From the NCBI GenBank assembly GCA_032128875.1, contig JAVLKG010000005.1:512001-576000 (forward strand): 64,000 nucleotides of DNA, given 5' to 3'. The DNA comes from Candidatus Melainabacteria bacterium 17Bon1m (GTDB taxonomy: Bacteria; Cyanobacteriota; Vampirovibrionia; Obscuribacterales; Obscuribacteraceae). Made by a program: the position numbers and the translations under genes. Shown in pieces: positions 47,577 to 56,795 of the stretch. Within the stretch, counting starts at the first letter, position 1. Every line of letters starts with the position of its first letter. The notes below the pieces were generated by a model that saw nothing but the letters and a program-made list of their open reading frames with translations, did no database searches and had not been told where the DNA came from.

Positions 47577-49373
47577 TTGCAATACCAAACTTTGAAAACC
47601 AGCAAGGCCAAGGTAAATAACGAGCTTTATCGCGCGGGCGGGTTGCAGTTGGCGGCAGCTGCTCTTATTTCGCTGTCGGTGACAGCGTTGGGCGTGATGC
47701 CGGCGCATTCTATCGGCTTGGTGCCGGGACATGCCGTACACCCAGTCAGGGTCGTTCCGCACGTCAGAACAGTCAGACGTGCTTCCCAAGTTCCGACAAT
47801 TCGTAAAAACTTCAGTTCGGCTTCGGCACGCGCCAGTTTCAGAGTTAGAAACGGCAAGGCATCAGTAAAAACAGCTCGTGTAGCGGCTCGTCAGGGCAAA
47901 CTGCGCGGGCGTCGCAACGCTGTCGCCAAACGTCCTGCTGCACCGCATGCGGTGCAACCGCAGACTCTTGCCGACAAGATGGCTGCACGAACCATAGCTC
48001 CCGGGGTGATTCACAAGTATTATCGCGGCGCGCTCACCATCAATCTGCTCGATGTGGACATGGTCAATTCCGATGTCAAAGTTCGTCCGATGTTGGCAGG
48101 AAATGATTTCCACCAGCTCAAGGATGTCACCGACCATGCTCGTGAAAGCCGTGCCATAGCCGCTGTCAACGCCAACTATTTCAAATCCAACGGCACGCCT
48201 CTAGGAACCTTGATTATCGATGGTGAGTGGGTCGCCGGTCCGCTATTCGACAGAGTTTCGATGGGTTTTACTCGCGATGGTTATGTACGCATCGACCGAG
48301 TCAACTTGTTCGGCATAATGCGCTCTTCCAATCCAGAAGTTCCAAGCGCCTGGATCAACAACATCAATCAACCTCGTCGCACGGGCAGCCGCTTTGTAGC
48401 GTACACGCGGCGCTGGGGCAGTTTTGTCCAATTGCCGTACGACGGCGTCTTGGTCGCAATCGACGCGCAGGGCAACGTCATCGACACCAATCCACGTACC
48501 ATGGGCATCCCGTGGGGCGGCTACGTTCTTTCCGATTCAAAGAGCGGTGCAATTTCAAAACTGAAGCGCGGCGACAATGTCAGTATTGCCTGGCAAACGC
48601 GTCCATCCGCCTGGTCTGACGTCGTCAATGCCGTAAGTGGCGGGCCGACACTGGTCAAAAACGGCAAAGTTCAGCTCGACCTGCAACAGCAGCATTTCAC
48701 AAAGCGCTGGACCGGATCTCAAATTCATGCTCGCACCGCTGCCGGTGTCACGAGCGACAACCATTTGCTCTTGGTTACGATCGAAGGTCCTCACACTATG
48801 TGGGATCTGGCCAAGTTCTTGCGTGACATGGGAGCCGTTGAAGCTCTCAACCTGGACGGCGGCGGCTCGACAACTATGGTTGTCGACGGCAAAGCGGTCA
48901 CCAGAGGAGCCAAGAATTCCCAAAGACGAGTCGCCAGCTCGATTGTCCTTGTTGATGAGCGTATCGCCTCACAGAACTACCGCCCCTTTAATGGTGCATA
49001 CAAGCCGCAAAGCGATATTTCCGATTTCTTGATGCCGGCAAAAGATGTTATGTCGAGCCTCTCGGTTAGCTCGGAAAACCTGAGCACATTGGGCAAAGAC
49101 TACGCCGATTTCGGTTTTCAGGAAGATTTCTCGGAGTCGCTCCTCATGGACTCCGCGCTCAAGCCAGATTTGGAACATGACAGCAGCGCTGAATTGAAGT
49201 CTCTCGATTCTCAACTGGAGACGGGCGTTTTGCAGGCAACGCATAAAGCGGCTGTCCGACCGGACGACGCTGTCAAGCCGGACTCTTCGCAGAAGCGTGA
49301 TAGTCGAGGAATGTTCAAAGTTCCTTTCAAAAACCCGTTCAATCTCAATTTCCTTGGCCGCAAGCGCGGTTAA
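47577..49373 (+). CDS. Phosphodiester glycosidase (NAGPA/DUF2233) family exported protein
   Basis: AAVNANYF, GGPTLV..G, ARTAAG, ALNLDGGGSTTM; start uncertain. Confidence 0.85.
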   Translation: MQYQTLKTSKAKVNNELYRAGGLQLAAAALISLSVTALGVMPAHSIGLVPGHAVHPVRVVPHVRTVRRASQVPTIRKNFSSASARASFRVRNGKASVKTARVAARQGKLRGRRNAVAKRPAAPHAVQPQTLADKMAARTIAPGVIHKYYRGALTINLLDVDMVNSDVKVRPMLAGNDFHQLKDVTDHARESRAIAAVNANYFKSNGTPLGTLIIDGEWVAGPLFDRVSMGFTRDGYVRIDRVNLFGIMRSSNPEVPSAWINNINQPRRTGSRFVAYTRRWGSFVQLPYDGVLVAIDAQGNVIDTNPRTMGIPWGGYVLSDSKSGAISKLKRGDNVSIAWQTRPSAWSDVVNAVSGGPTLVKNGKVQLDLQQQHFTKRWTGSQIHARTAAGVTSDNHLLLVTIEGPHTMWDLAKFLRDMGAVEALNLDGGGSTTMVVDGKAVTRGAKNSQRRVASSIVLVDERIASQNYRPFNGAYKPQSDISDFLMPAKDVMSSLSVSSENLSTLGKDYADFGFQEDFSESLLMDSALKPDLEHDSSAELKSLDSQLETGVLQATHKAAVRPDDAVKPDSSQKRDSRGMFKVPFKNPFNLNFLGRKRG

Positions 49374-49533
49374 TTAGCGAAATTGCAGAATGAAGTTTTT
49401 AGACGGAGGACCCCGATCGGTTATTGTCCGGGCTTTGTTTTGCGGGCATACTTGCTGCATATAGACTTGATCTACTGGAAATAAAGCATCCGTCAATTCA
49501 AAATAGACTTGAATCTATGGGGACCCCCAAGTC

Positions 49534-50502
49534 ATGGAAAAATTTGCTGTAGGTGTCGACTTCGGCGGCACCAAAATATCGGCAGGCGTGGTCAATCTTG
49601 AATCCGGTCGCTTGGTCGGCACGGCTAAGAAAAAGACTCGCCAGGTCCAAGAGCAGGATGACGTCATCAGGCGCATCATCACTGTTGTGGATGAAGCAAT
49701 CAGCGAGTCCGGCGTCGAGATGAAGAAGATTGCCGGCATCGGCATCGGCGCTGCCGGAATGGTCAATCGGGAGAAGGGCATACTTCTAGCCGCGGTCAAT
49801 ATCGGGGCTAACGATGTACCGCTTGCAGAGCCACTTTCCAGGCACTATGGATTGCCTTGCAAATTGGGCAATGACGTGGAAGTCGCCACCATCGGTGAAA
49901 TGGCATTCGGGGCCGGTCGTGACTGCAAGAATTTTGTCTGCATTTTTGTAGGCACAGGCATCGGCAGCGGCATTGTGCAAAATGGCACTCTAGTTAAAGG
50001 AGCTACCGGCACCGCCGGTGAGGTCGGGCACATTACTCTCTACCCAGACGGAAAACTCTGTGGCTGCGGCGCATACGGCTGTCTGGAAGCATACGCATCG
50101 CGTACTGCCGTTGCGAAGGACATTCTTGCCGACTTGCAGCGTGGGCATGATTCGGTCATTCGTGAGAAGGTCGACATGACCAAGGGCATTCTGCGCTCGA
50201 AGGCGATTGCGCAGGCTGTTGCTTCCGGCGATGAGATGGTGACAGGAGCTGTCGAACAAGCTGCCCGTTGCATGGCTACAGGGCTTGTCACCGTGATCAA
50301 TTTCCTTAACCCGCAAAGAATAATACTGGGTGGCGGACTTGTCGAAGCTGTAAATCTCTACTTCGACACGGCAGAGCTATACGCTCGTCGCCGTTGTCTA
50401 AAAATACCGGGTCGCAAGATTGAAATTGTAAGAGCCGAATTGGGTGATTATGCCGGCATTGTCGGCGCGGCAATGCTGTCCAGAAACGGTTCCAGCAAGT
50501 AA
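49534..50502 (+). CDS. ROK-family sugar kinase (glucokinase-like)
   Basis: GVDFGGTKI, ND, GTGIGSG, GEVGH, CGCGAYGCLEAYAS, ILGGG. Confidence 0.92.
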   Translation: MEKFAVGVDFGGTKISAGVVNLESGRLVGTAKKKTRQVQEQDDVIRRIITVVDEAISESGVEMKKIAGIGIGAAGMVNREKGILLAAVNIGANDVPLAEPLSRHYGLPCKLGNDVEVATIGEMAFGAGRDCKNFVCIFVGTGIGSGIVQNGTLVKGATGTAGEVGHITLYPDGKLCGCGAYGCLEAYASRTAVAKDILADLQRGHDSVIREKVDMTKGILRSKAIAQAVASGDEMVTGAVEQAARCMATGLVTVINFLNPQRIILGGGLVEAVNLYFDTAELYARRRCLKIPGRKIEIVRAELGDYAGIVGAAMLSRNGSSK

Positions 50503-50586
50503 CTTGCTCGCCTCTTCTCCAAGCCATTCCTCCGAACCGTTAACTGGGTTCGTGGACGTAAATCGTTGAAGGGCTACAAACTTGGC

Positions 50587-50910
50587 TTAGCGTCTGCGGG
50601 AAAGCATGCGCCCAACAATGAAGAGGCAAGCGATTAGACCGGCGCCGCTGCCATATTTTTGGGCTTGCCATCTGGTGGTCCCGATTTCAGCTTTTTCCGG
50701 GGTCTTAATCACTTCTACCTTAGGAATCACGCGCGAACCGACAATCGTGTTAACGACTTCGGTGACGCCGTCGATTGGCCCCTGTACCAGCGAATGACTG
50801 AAAGAATGGGCAAATACACCTGCGCATTCGGACGGCGAGCAGACTTCCTCTTCTTGTTCGATCTCGACAGTTGTCTCGTCCATTGGAATTATCCTCATCT
50901 CGTCGCTCAT
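50587..50910 (-). CDS. Small hypothetical protein with C-terminal TM
   Basis: RBS GGAGG before ATG 50910; hydrophobic C-terminus followed by RRR. Confidence 0.6.
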   Translation of the reverse strand: MSDEMRIIPMDETTVEIEQEEEVCSPSECAGVFAHSFSHSLVQGPIDGVTEVVNTIVGSRVIPKVEVIKTPEKAEIGTTRWQAQKYGSGAGLIACLFIVGRMLSRRR

Positions 50911-51019
50911 GACCACAACCTCCAGGCTAACTATTTCTTGCCACAAAAAGTATGCTGCTTATCTAGGGGTTTCCCTGAATTGCAGATAAAAACTCCAAAT
51001 ACCGGGCTAGTTACCGGGC

Positions 51020-52036
51020 TCAGGGTTTTGCTACGAATTTTGAACCCTGGCGAGTGCCGCGTCTTTCCAATTCTTGATCGATTTTGCCCATAATGCGGCT
51101 TTTTTCAAAGCACCATTCCGGCGCAGTAATTTCCTCTCGGGTCCCTTCGGCCACCAAACGCATTACCACCATATCTGGTGGCAACATCTCCAAGGCGTCG
51201 CAAACGAGAGTAACGTATTCGTCTTCTTCCAAGAGCGGCAGCTTGCCCATCGCATAGTCAACCGCCATTGGCGTATGTTTGTAAACGCAGAGCTGGTGAA
51301 TCTTGATCGCTGTCAGTCCGATGTCGGCAATTTGGCGAACTGTTTCCATCATGTCTTCTCTAGTCTCGCCTGGCAAACCAAAGATCAAGTGCGTGGCAAC
51401 AGTCAAGTTTCTCTTGCGCGCACGTTCGACTGAATCGAAAAATTCTTCCGCCGAGTGAGCTCTGTTAATTAGGTCAAGAGTCTTATTGTGTGCCGTCTGT
51501 AGACCAACCTCGAGGAATACGTAAGTCTTCTTTGCGTATTCTGCCAGCAGGTCGAGCACATTGTCGTCGAGACAATCAGGGCGGGTACCAATGCAAATGC
51601 CAACCACATCTTCGTGGTCCAAAGAAACATCATATAAGGAACGCAATACTGCTTCAGGGGCATAGGTATTGGTGAAAGCCTGGAAATAAGCGAGAAATTT
51701 CTCCGCTTTGAAGCGCCGCCTGATTCTTTCAATGCCGGTCAATAGCTGCTCTTTGACGCTTAAAACCTGGTTGATGGTCGGAGCGCCGGAGCCGCGGTCG
51801 TCGCAAAATGTGCAACCGCCGAGCGCTCTTGTGCCGTCACGATTGGGGCAGGTAAAACCGGCATCAATAGGAACGCGATAAACGCGGGCGCCGAAACTTT
51901 CCCTGAGATAACCGTTAAAACTGGTATATCTTGGCTGGCTCACTTGCGAGCGTGTAGTTTTGTGCGCATCGGGCGAGGCAAATTTGCCTGTGTTTTTGCT
52001 CATCTGATTGTCAGTCTTATCGTTCAGTGTTTGCAT
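51020..52036 (-). CDS. Radical SAM protein, YhcC/TIGR01212-like
   Basis: DAGFTCPNRDG..GGCTFC, YFQAFTNTYA, IGTRPDC, E.GLQT, HLIFGLPGE, IKIHQL; start 52036 or 52003. Confidence 0.92.
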   Translation of the reverse strand: MQTLNDKTDNQMSKNTGKFASPDAHKTTRSQVSQPRYTSFNGYLRESFGARVYRVPIDAGFTCPNRDGTRALGGCTFCDDRGSGAPTINQVLSVKEQLLTGIERIRRRFKAEKFLAYFQAFTNTYAPEAVLRSLYDVSLDHEDVVGICIGTRPDCLDDNVLDLLAEYAKKTYVFLEVGLQTAHNKTLDLINRAHSAEEFFDSVERARKRNLTVATHLIFGLPGETREDMMETVRQIADIGLTAIKIHQLCVYKHTPMAVDYAMGKLPLLEEDEYVTLVCDALEMLPPDMVVMRLVAEGTREEITAPEWCFEKSRIMGKIDQELERRGTRQGSKFVAKP

Positions 52037-52241
52037 GGACAAAAATCGCCGCCTGAGAGCAGATAGGTGCCAATTCGCTGGCAAGAGTCAAAGACTTTAC
52101 TACATTTGCCGAGTTTACAACAGGAAAATCTGCTGCCGTGTAAACAGGCGGCTTAAGGCACCCGGGCGTTCTATGGCGTTCTCAAGTACCGTCAGTCGCC
52201 TCTTTTACGACCCTGAGCGTTAATACTAGTACGGACTCAAG

Positions 52242-52271
52242 TTGACACGCTTTATCCGGGTTTGTTATTCT
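52242..52271 (+). promoter_or_regulatory. Putative sigma70 promoter of tRNA-Glu
   Basis: TTGACA-N18-TATTCT with TG extension. Confidence 0.55.
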
Positions 52272-52334
52272 GGATTTTCACTGGAACTCTGGCTTTGCAG
52301 TCCGGGCAGTTCACGCTGTTCAGATATCCATCTT

Positions 52335-52407
52335 GCCCCCATCGTCTAGAGGCCCAGGACACCTCCCTTTCACGGAGGCGACAGGGGTTCGAATCCCCTT
52401 GGGGGTA
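52335..52407 (+). tRNA. tRNA-Glu (TTC), CCA not encoded
   Basis: GCCCCCA acceptor / TGGGGGT, anticodon arm CCTCC-CTTTCAC-GGAGG, T arm AGGGGTTCGAATCCCCT. Confidence 0.97.
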
Positions 52408-52415
52408 AATCTTTC

Positions 52416-52452
52416 TTACCGGTTGCACTTAGTGCGACCGGTAATTTTTTTT
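52416..52452 (+). terminator. Rho-independent terminator after tRNA-Glu
   Basis: TTACCGGTTGCAC-TTA-GTGCGACCGGTAA then T8. Confidence 0.9.
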
Positions 52453-52569
52453 GTTGCCAAGGACGGCAGCGCGAAATACTCCGAATTCGCCCGAGGTCAG
52501 GTGCCAGTTGGCCAATACGCCTCTACTATTCGTCGTACAATGAATATGGACGAATCCGGAGTCCTCGCC

Positions 52570-53778
52570 ATGACAGAAGCGACTGACAACGAACAAAAGG
52601 TTCTTAGACTCGGTGAATTGCTAACTCAAGTCGGCATCGTACAGCCGCACGAATTGACTGAGGCAATTCAGACCTCGAGCGAAACCGGACTGCCAATTGG
52701 TCGCGTTCTAATTATGTCCGGATATTTGACGGACCAAGAATTGCAGGCGGCCGTGCAGGCTCAGTCTCTCGTCAAAGATCGAGTAATCGAGCTTGATTTG
52801 GCTCTCAAGGCTTTGCAGGCTGTTTCCCAGGAAGGTCTGACCTTAGAGCAGGCATTGCGCTCAATGGGATGGATGAATAAGCGTGCAGCCACTACTGCAA
52901 AGCTCGGAGAATTCCTGATTGAAGCAGAGCTTTGCACCCAAGAGCAGCTTGATGAGGCAATACGTACGAGCCAAGAAACCGGCTTGCCCCTGGGACGTAT
53001 TCTGGTCCTCACCCAAACAGTGTCCGACGAGCTTCTGACTGCCGCACTGACAGCGCAAGTGCTCGTGCGCGACAATAAAATTACCAAGGAGGAAGCGATT
53101 CAAGGACTGTCGTCTGCTCGCCGACGCCGGGTCAGCATCGAAGTTTCGCTGAGCGATCATGGCTTCTACAAAGCACCGATTCGGCAGTCGATTAAGCTGG
53201 GTGAATTGCTTGTCCTGGCCGGTTTGGTCAATGAGAGCGATTTGATGACTGCACTTGAACTGGGGCTTGCCAGAGAGATGCCGGTTGGGCAGGTGCTGGT
53301 TCAAACTGGCCAGATGACTCGAGCCGGACTTGATGCCGCTCTCAAGATTCAAGAGATGGTTGGCACTGGAACCTTGCATGCACTGCAGGCCGCAGAGGCG
53401 CTCAGGCAAATCATTTTGAAGAACATATCTATAGCGCAGGCTGTTGCCGAGCTCGGTTTGCTCAAGTCCGAACCGTCGGAAACGATTCGTCTGGGCGAGA
53501 TACTACAAGCGGCAGGTGTCGTTTCTGATAGCGATATTCAAAAAGCGATCGAGTTAAGTACGAAAAATTCTGCTCTAGTCGGCAAGATGCTCTTGGTTTC
53601 GGGCATGATCGATGAAGGCATGCTTCATTCGGCGCTTCGCTGCCAATTTCTCCTGCGCGAAGGCTTTCTAAAAATGGAACAAGCTGTCGTCGCTCTCAAT
53701 CACTGTCAGAAGCATCACGTCTCATTCGACGACGCTTTGACACAGCTCGGATGGACATTGCGCACCCGCAATAAATGA
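52570..53778 (+). CDS. Stand-alone protein of four tandem MshEN-like domains
   Basis: Eight (R/K/P)LGxxLxxxGxxxxxxLxxAL motifs arranged in pairs; RBS GGAG; no ATPase domain. Confidence 0.85.
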   Translation: MTEATDNEQKVLRLGELLTQVGIVQPHELTEAIQTSSETGLPIGRVLIMSGYLTDQELQAAVQAQSLVKDRVIELDLALKALQAVSQEGLTLEQALRSMGWMNKRAATTAKLGEFLIEAELCTQEQLDEAIRTSQETGLPLGRILVLTQTVSDELLTAALTAQVLVRDNKITKEEAIQGLSSARRRRVSIEVSLSDHGFYKAPIRQSIKLGELLVLAGLVNESDLMTALELGLAREMPVGQVLVQTGQMTRAGLDAALKIQEMVGTGTLHALQAAEALRQIILKNISIAQAVAELGLLKSEPSETIRLGEILQAAGVVSDSDIQKAIELSTKNSALVGKMLLVSGMIDEGMLHSALRCQFLLREGFLKMEQAVVALNHCQKHHVSFDDALTQLGWTLRTRNK

Positions 53779-53828
53779 TCGCGCAGGCAAAATATTAGGA
53801 TTGAAACGCGTTCCATTTCGCTAAGACT

Positions 53829-53907
53829 GCGGCATTCATGCCGCCCGAAGCCGGCGAGCCGCCGGCGCTCCCAGAAAAAAACAGGCGATGCATGGCATCG
53901 GCCCTAC
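53829..53907. repeat. Cluster of three REP-like palindromes between convergent genes
   Basis: GCGGCAT-TC-ATGCCGC; GCCGGCG-AGC-CGCCGGC-GCTCCCA; GGCGATGC-ATG-GCATCGGCCCTAC (reverse complement begins GTAG). Confidence 0.55.
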
Positions 53908-53950
53908 GCACTAGAGAAATTCGTGGCCGTCATGGAAAACTCTGTGGCGA

Positions 53951-56653
53951 TTAGTGTTTGAGCCAGCTACGCTCCAGCGTGTGTCTTTCTCGCGTCTTGA
54001 AATAAACGGACACTGCTAGTTTTTCCATATGCTGTGAAATTGTCCGCAGCCCTTGTTTTACTTCATTCTTTTCAAAATGATTTTGCACATCCAGAAGTTG
54101 GTCTTCTGATACCAACCCTGTCACGCCTTCGCACATGCGAGGAACCATAACCACTGGGTAAGTTTTCATCATTTTATCCCAATTCTCTTTCATGAAATTC
54201 CATGCCAATTCTCTACCCCATGGATTGAGCATGACTGAGCGCACTACATATGGTGCGTTTTGGGTTCGGATTTCGCCGTTGAGTGTTTTCTCTAAGGTCT
54301 TCGCAAGAAGCGCTTTATCTCTGAATCCTGCCAGCGCATACATAAAGCGCTCTTCCTCTTGTGGAGTAGAGGCTTTCTTAAACTGTTGCACAAAGTCTTT
54401 GTACTGCGACTCCTCACCATGGTAGGCAAGCACGCTTATCGCTGCAGCCGCGAGTGCGGGACTTACAGATGTTCTCGACTTCTTGTATTTTGCATAAAGT
54501 GTTTCGGCCTCTTCCACGACTTCTTCTACTTCGCCGATAGTTCCGGCGGTCGTGAAAAGCATTCCGCGCAATTGCTCTTTTACTGCGTCTTTTGCCTGAC
54601 CTTTTTTCGCGCCATCTTCAGAAATGCCGATTCTTTCCAAGGCTGGCATCACCATTTCTCTGGCGTATTCTTTCAATGCGCTGCGCTGACCCTTGCCTAC
54701 GATCTGGTTAAGGTAGTTAATCGCGCCGATTAGGACTGTCCAGACATTCTTGTCTGTCTCAGCTTTGAACTGGTAGCTGTGACGGAAAAAGGATTTCAAT
54801 TCGATGGAGCCGTTCAAAGCCGACGCCCACAAGTCGCTGAGCAAGCCAAATCTCTCAATGGCAGAGAGATCTGTGTAGAGATTTTTTGCAATAGCTGCTA
54901 AATCGTCGTCGCTATACGAGCATCTGTAAAACCCGTGTCCACCAGCGTTCAGCAATAGCCAGTCGGCAGCCGCCGGCAGTTTTAGCTCAGTGGAATTGCC
55001 AGTCAGCAGCAATCTGCCTTGAACGCGTTCTTTGCCGAACGCGGCGGTGTACATGATTGGAATGTGGTAACGCGAGACGCTGTCTTGCTTTACGTGCGAT
55101 CGTTTTTCCTCTGGTAGATAGAAAAAACGGTGCTGGGTGATGAGCCAACTTTGGCCGCCTTCTTCTTTTGAGGCATGAACGAGTGGGTAGCCCCCCTGAA
55201 AAATCCAAGAATCCATCATTTGTCTAACAGGTTGTTCGGACTTTTCTTCGATAGCGTCCCAGAGATCGGTGGTTTCTGTATTTCCATACTTATGGTTGTT
55301 CAAATAATGCGCAATACCGAGTCTGTAATTTTCGGCGTCCAGGTATTGCTCCAGCATTCGAAGAACGGATGCGCCTTTTTCATAGGTCAGGACATCGAAC
55401 ATGCCTTCGGCGTCTTCCGGTTTGCGAACAGTAAATTCAATCGGACGAGTACTCAGCAAGCCGTCGGTGGAAAACGCCGCTCCTCTGGAAGCACCGAATG
55501 TATCCCACCTATTCCAGTTGGGCTGCCAGTCGTCGGTGGCGAGCATCTGCATGAAAGTGGCGAAGGCTTCGTTTAGCCAGAGTCCATTCCACCAGCGCAT
55601 TGTGGCGAGATCACCAAACCACATGTGCGCTAACTCGTGGGCGACAATATCGGCGACCCTTTCGAGTTCTTGCTGTGCTGCTGTTTTTTCATCGAGTAAA
55701 AGAGCATTTTCTCGAAAGATGACGCAGCCGAGGTTTTCCATTGCGCCGAACATAAAATCGGGAACAGCCACCAGATCGAGCTTTTCGCCAGGGTATTTGA
55801 TGCCGTAATAACGATTGAAAAAGGAAAGCGATGCGGAGGCTACTCGCTCTGAGAAAGCTGCCAAATTGGTCTTGCCGGCAGGTGTCCAGACTCGCAGCGG
55901 GCAGCCATCAACGTCCACCGGTTCGGTCGCCTCAAGATTGCCGACGACGAGCGCGACCAAATAGGTCGACATCTTCATTGTCTCTTTAAAGACAACGAGT
56001 TTCTTGCCGTTTGATTTGGCTGATTTTTTCTGTTGTGACTTTTCGGATTTCTCTGATTTCCCTGATTTTTCCGACTTCTCTGATTTTTGTATCTTTTCGG
56101 ATTTTTCCGACTCTACCGGTGAGTTGGAAAGCGCGACAGCATCAGCGTCTACCAGTACTGAAATTTTGAAGACCGCTTTGAAATCGGGTTCGTCAAAGCA
56201 TGGAAAAATGCGGCGAGCGTCGGTTGGTTCGCACTGAGTTACTGCTAGCGTGTGCTTTGTTCCGGCTTCATCTGTATAAGAACTACGATAGAAGCCGTGC
56301 AGTTTGTCATTCAAAATGCCGTTAAATGCGATTTGAAATTGCCAACGACCGGCTTTTAATGTTTTTCCAAAACTCAGTTTTATTCTTTCGTTGTCAGCAT
56401 CTAGGTGTACCGCGGCATTTAATTCTTTGCCTTTTTCATCTATTGCTCTGCCGGAATCAATTATTAATTCGAGACTGTTGAGCAAAACCTCGTCAGTATC
56501 GGTAAGGACGTTGCAGAACACGCCTACTGTTCCAGTGAACGTCCCGGCCTCGATATCGGGCACGAGGTGGAGGTCGTAACGCTCAGGAACGACCGAGCGC
56601 GGCAACCTGTAGGAAACGGACTCATCCAGCAGAAGGCGCGTGTCGGTGGACAT
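53951..56653 (-). CDS. pepN: M1 family aminopeptidase (PepN/puromycin-sensitive type)
   Basis: YRLP..V.P..Y, ARRIFPCFDEP, GAMEN, HELAHMW...LWLNEAFA, YEKGA, ERAP1-like C-terminal region. Confidence 0.93.
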   Translation of the reverse strand: MSTDTRLLLDESVSYRLPRSVVPERYDLHLVPDIEAGTFTGTVGVFCNVLTDTDEVLLNSLELIIDSGRAIDEKGKELNAAVHLDADNERIKLSFGKTLKAGRWQFQIAFNGILNDKLHGFYRSSYTDEAGTKHTLAVTQCEPTDARRIFPCFDEPDFKAVFKISVLVDADAVALSNSPVESEKSEKIQKSEKSEKSGKSEKSEKSQQKKSAKSNGKKLVVFKETMKMSTYLVALVVGNLEATEPVDVDGCPLRVWTPAGKTNLAAFSERVASASLSFFNRYYGIKYPGEKLDLVAVPDFMFGAMENLGCVIFRENALLLDEKTAAQQELERVADIVAHELAHMWFGDLATMRWWNGLWLNEAFATFMQMLATDDWQPNWNRWDTFGASRGAAFSTDGLLSTRPIEFTVRKPEDAEGMFDVLTYEKGASVLRMLEQYLDAENYRLGIAHYLNNHKYGNTETTDLWDAIEEKSEQPVRQMMDSWIFQGGYPLVHASKEEGGQSWLITQHRFFYLPEEKRSHVKQDSVSRYHIPIMYTAAFGKERVQGRLLLTGNSTELKLPAAADWLLLNAGGHGFYRCSYSDDDLAAIAKNLYTDLSAIERFGLLSDLWASALNGSIELKSFFRHSYQFKAETDKNVWTVLIGAINYLNQIVGKGQRSALKEYAREMVMPALERIGISEDGAKKGQAKDAVKEQLRGMLFTTAGTIGEVEEVVEEAETLYAKYKKSRTSVSPALAAAAISVLAYHGEESQYKDFVQQFKKASTPQEEERFMYALAGFRDKALLAKTLEKTLNGEIRTQNAPYVVRSVMLNPWGRELAWNFMKENWDKMMKTYPVVMVPRMCEGVTGLVSEDQLLDVQNHFEKNEVKQGLRTISQHMEKLAVSVYFKTRERHTLERSWLKH

Positions 56654-56795
56654 AAAACGTTGTCCTCTTTAGTACTTGGGTGGCAATTAAGTGCCGGAGA
56701 GGTTAGCATATTGAGACTTTGATTTCATTTCGACGGCGTTTCGACTTGATAGATTCTCGATTTACCGGCTAAAACGCATGAGAGGTTAAGCGAAA

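Noticed and set aside
52333..52569. N-terminal extension of the 481-aa ORF
   Set aside because: Runs through tRNA-Glu and its terminator; ATG 52570 has an RBS
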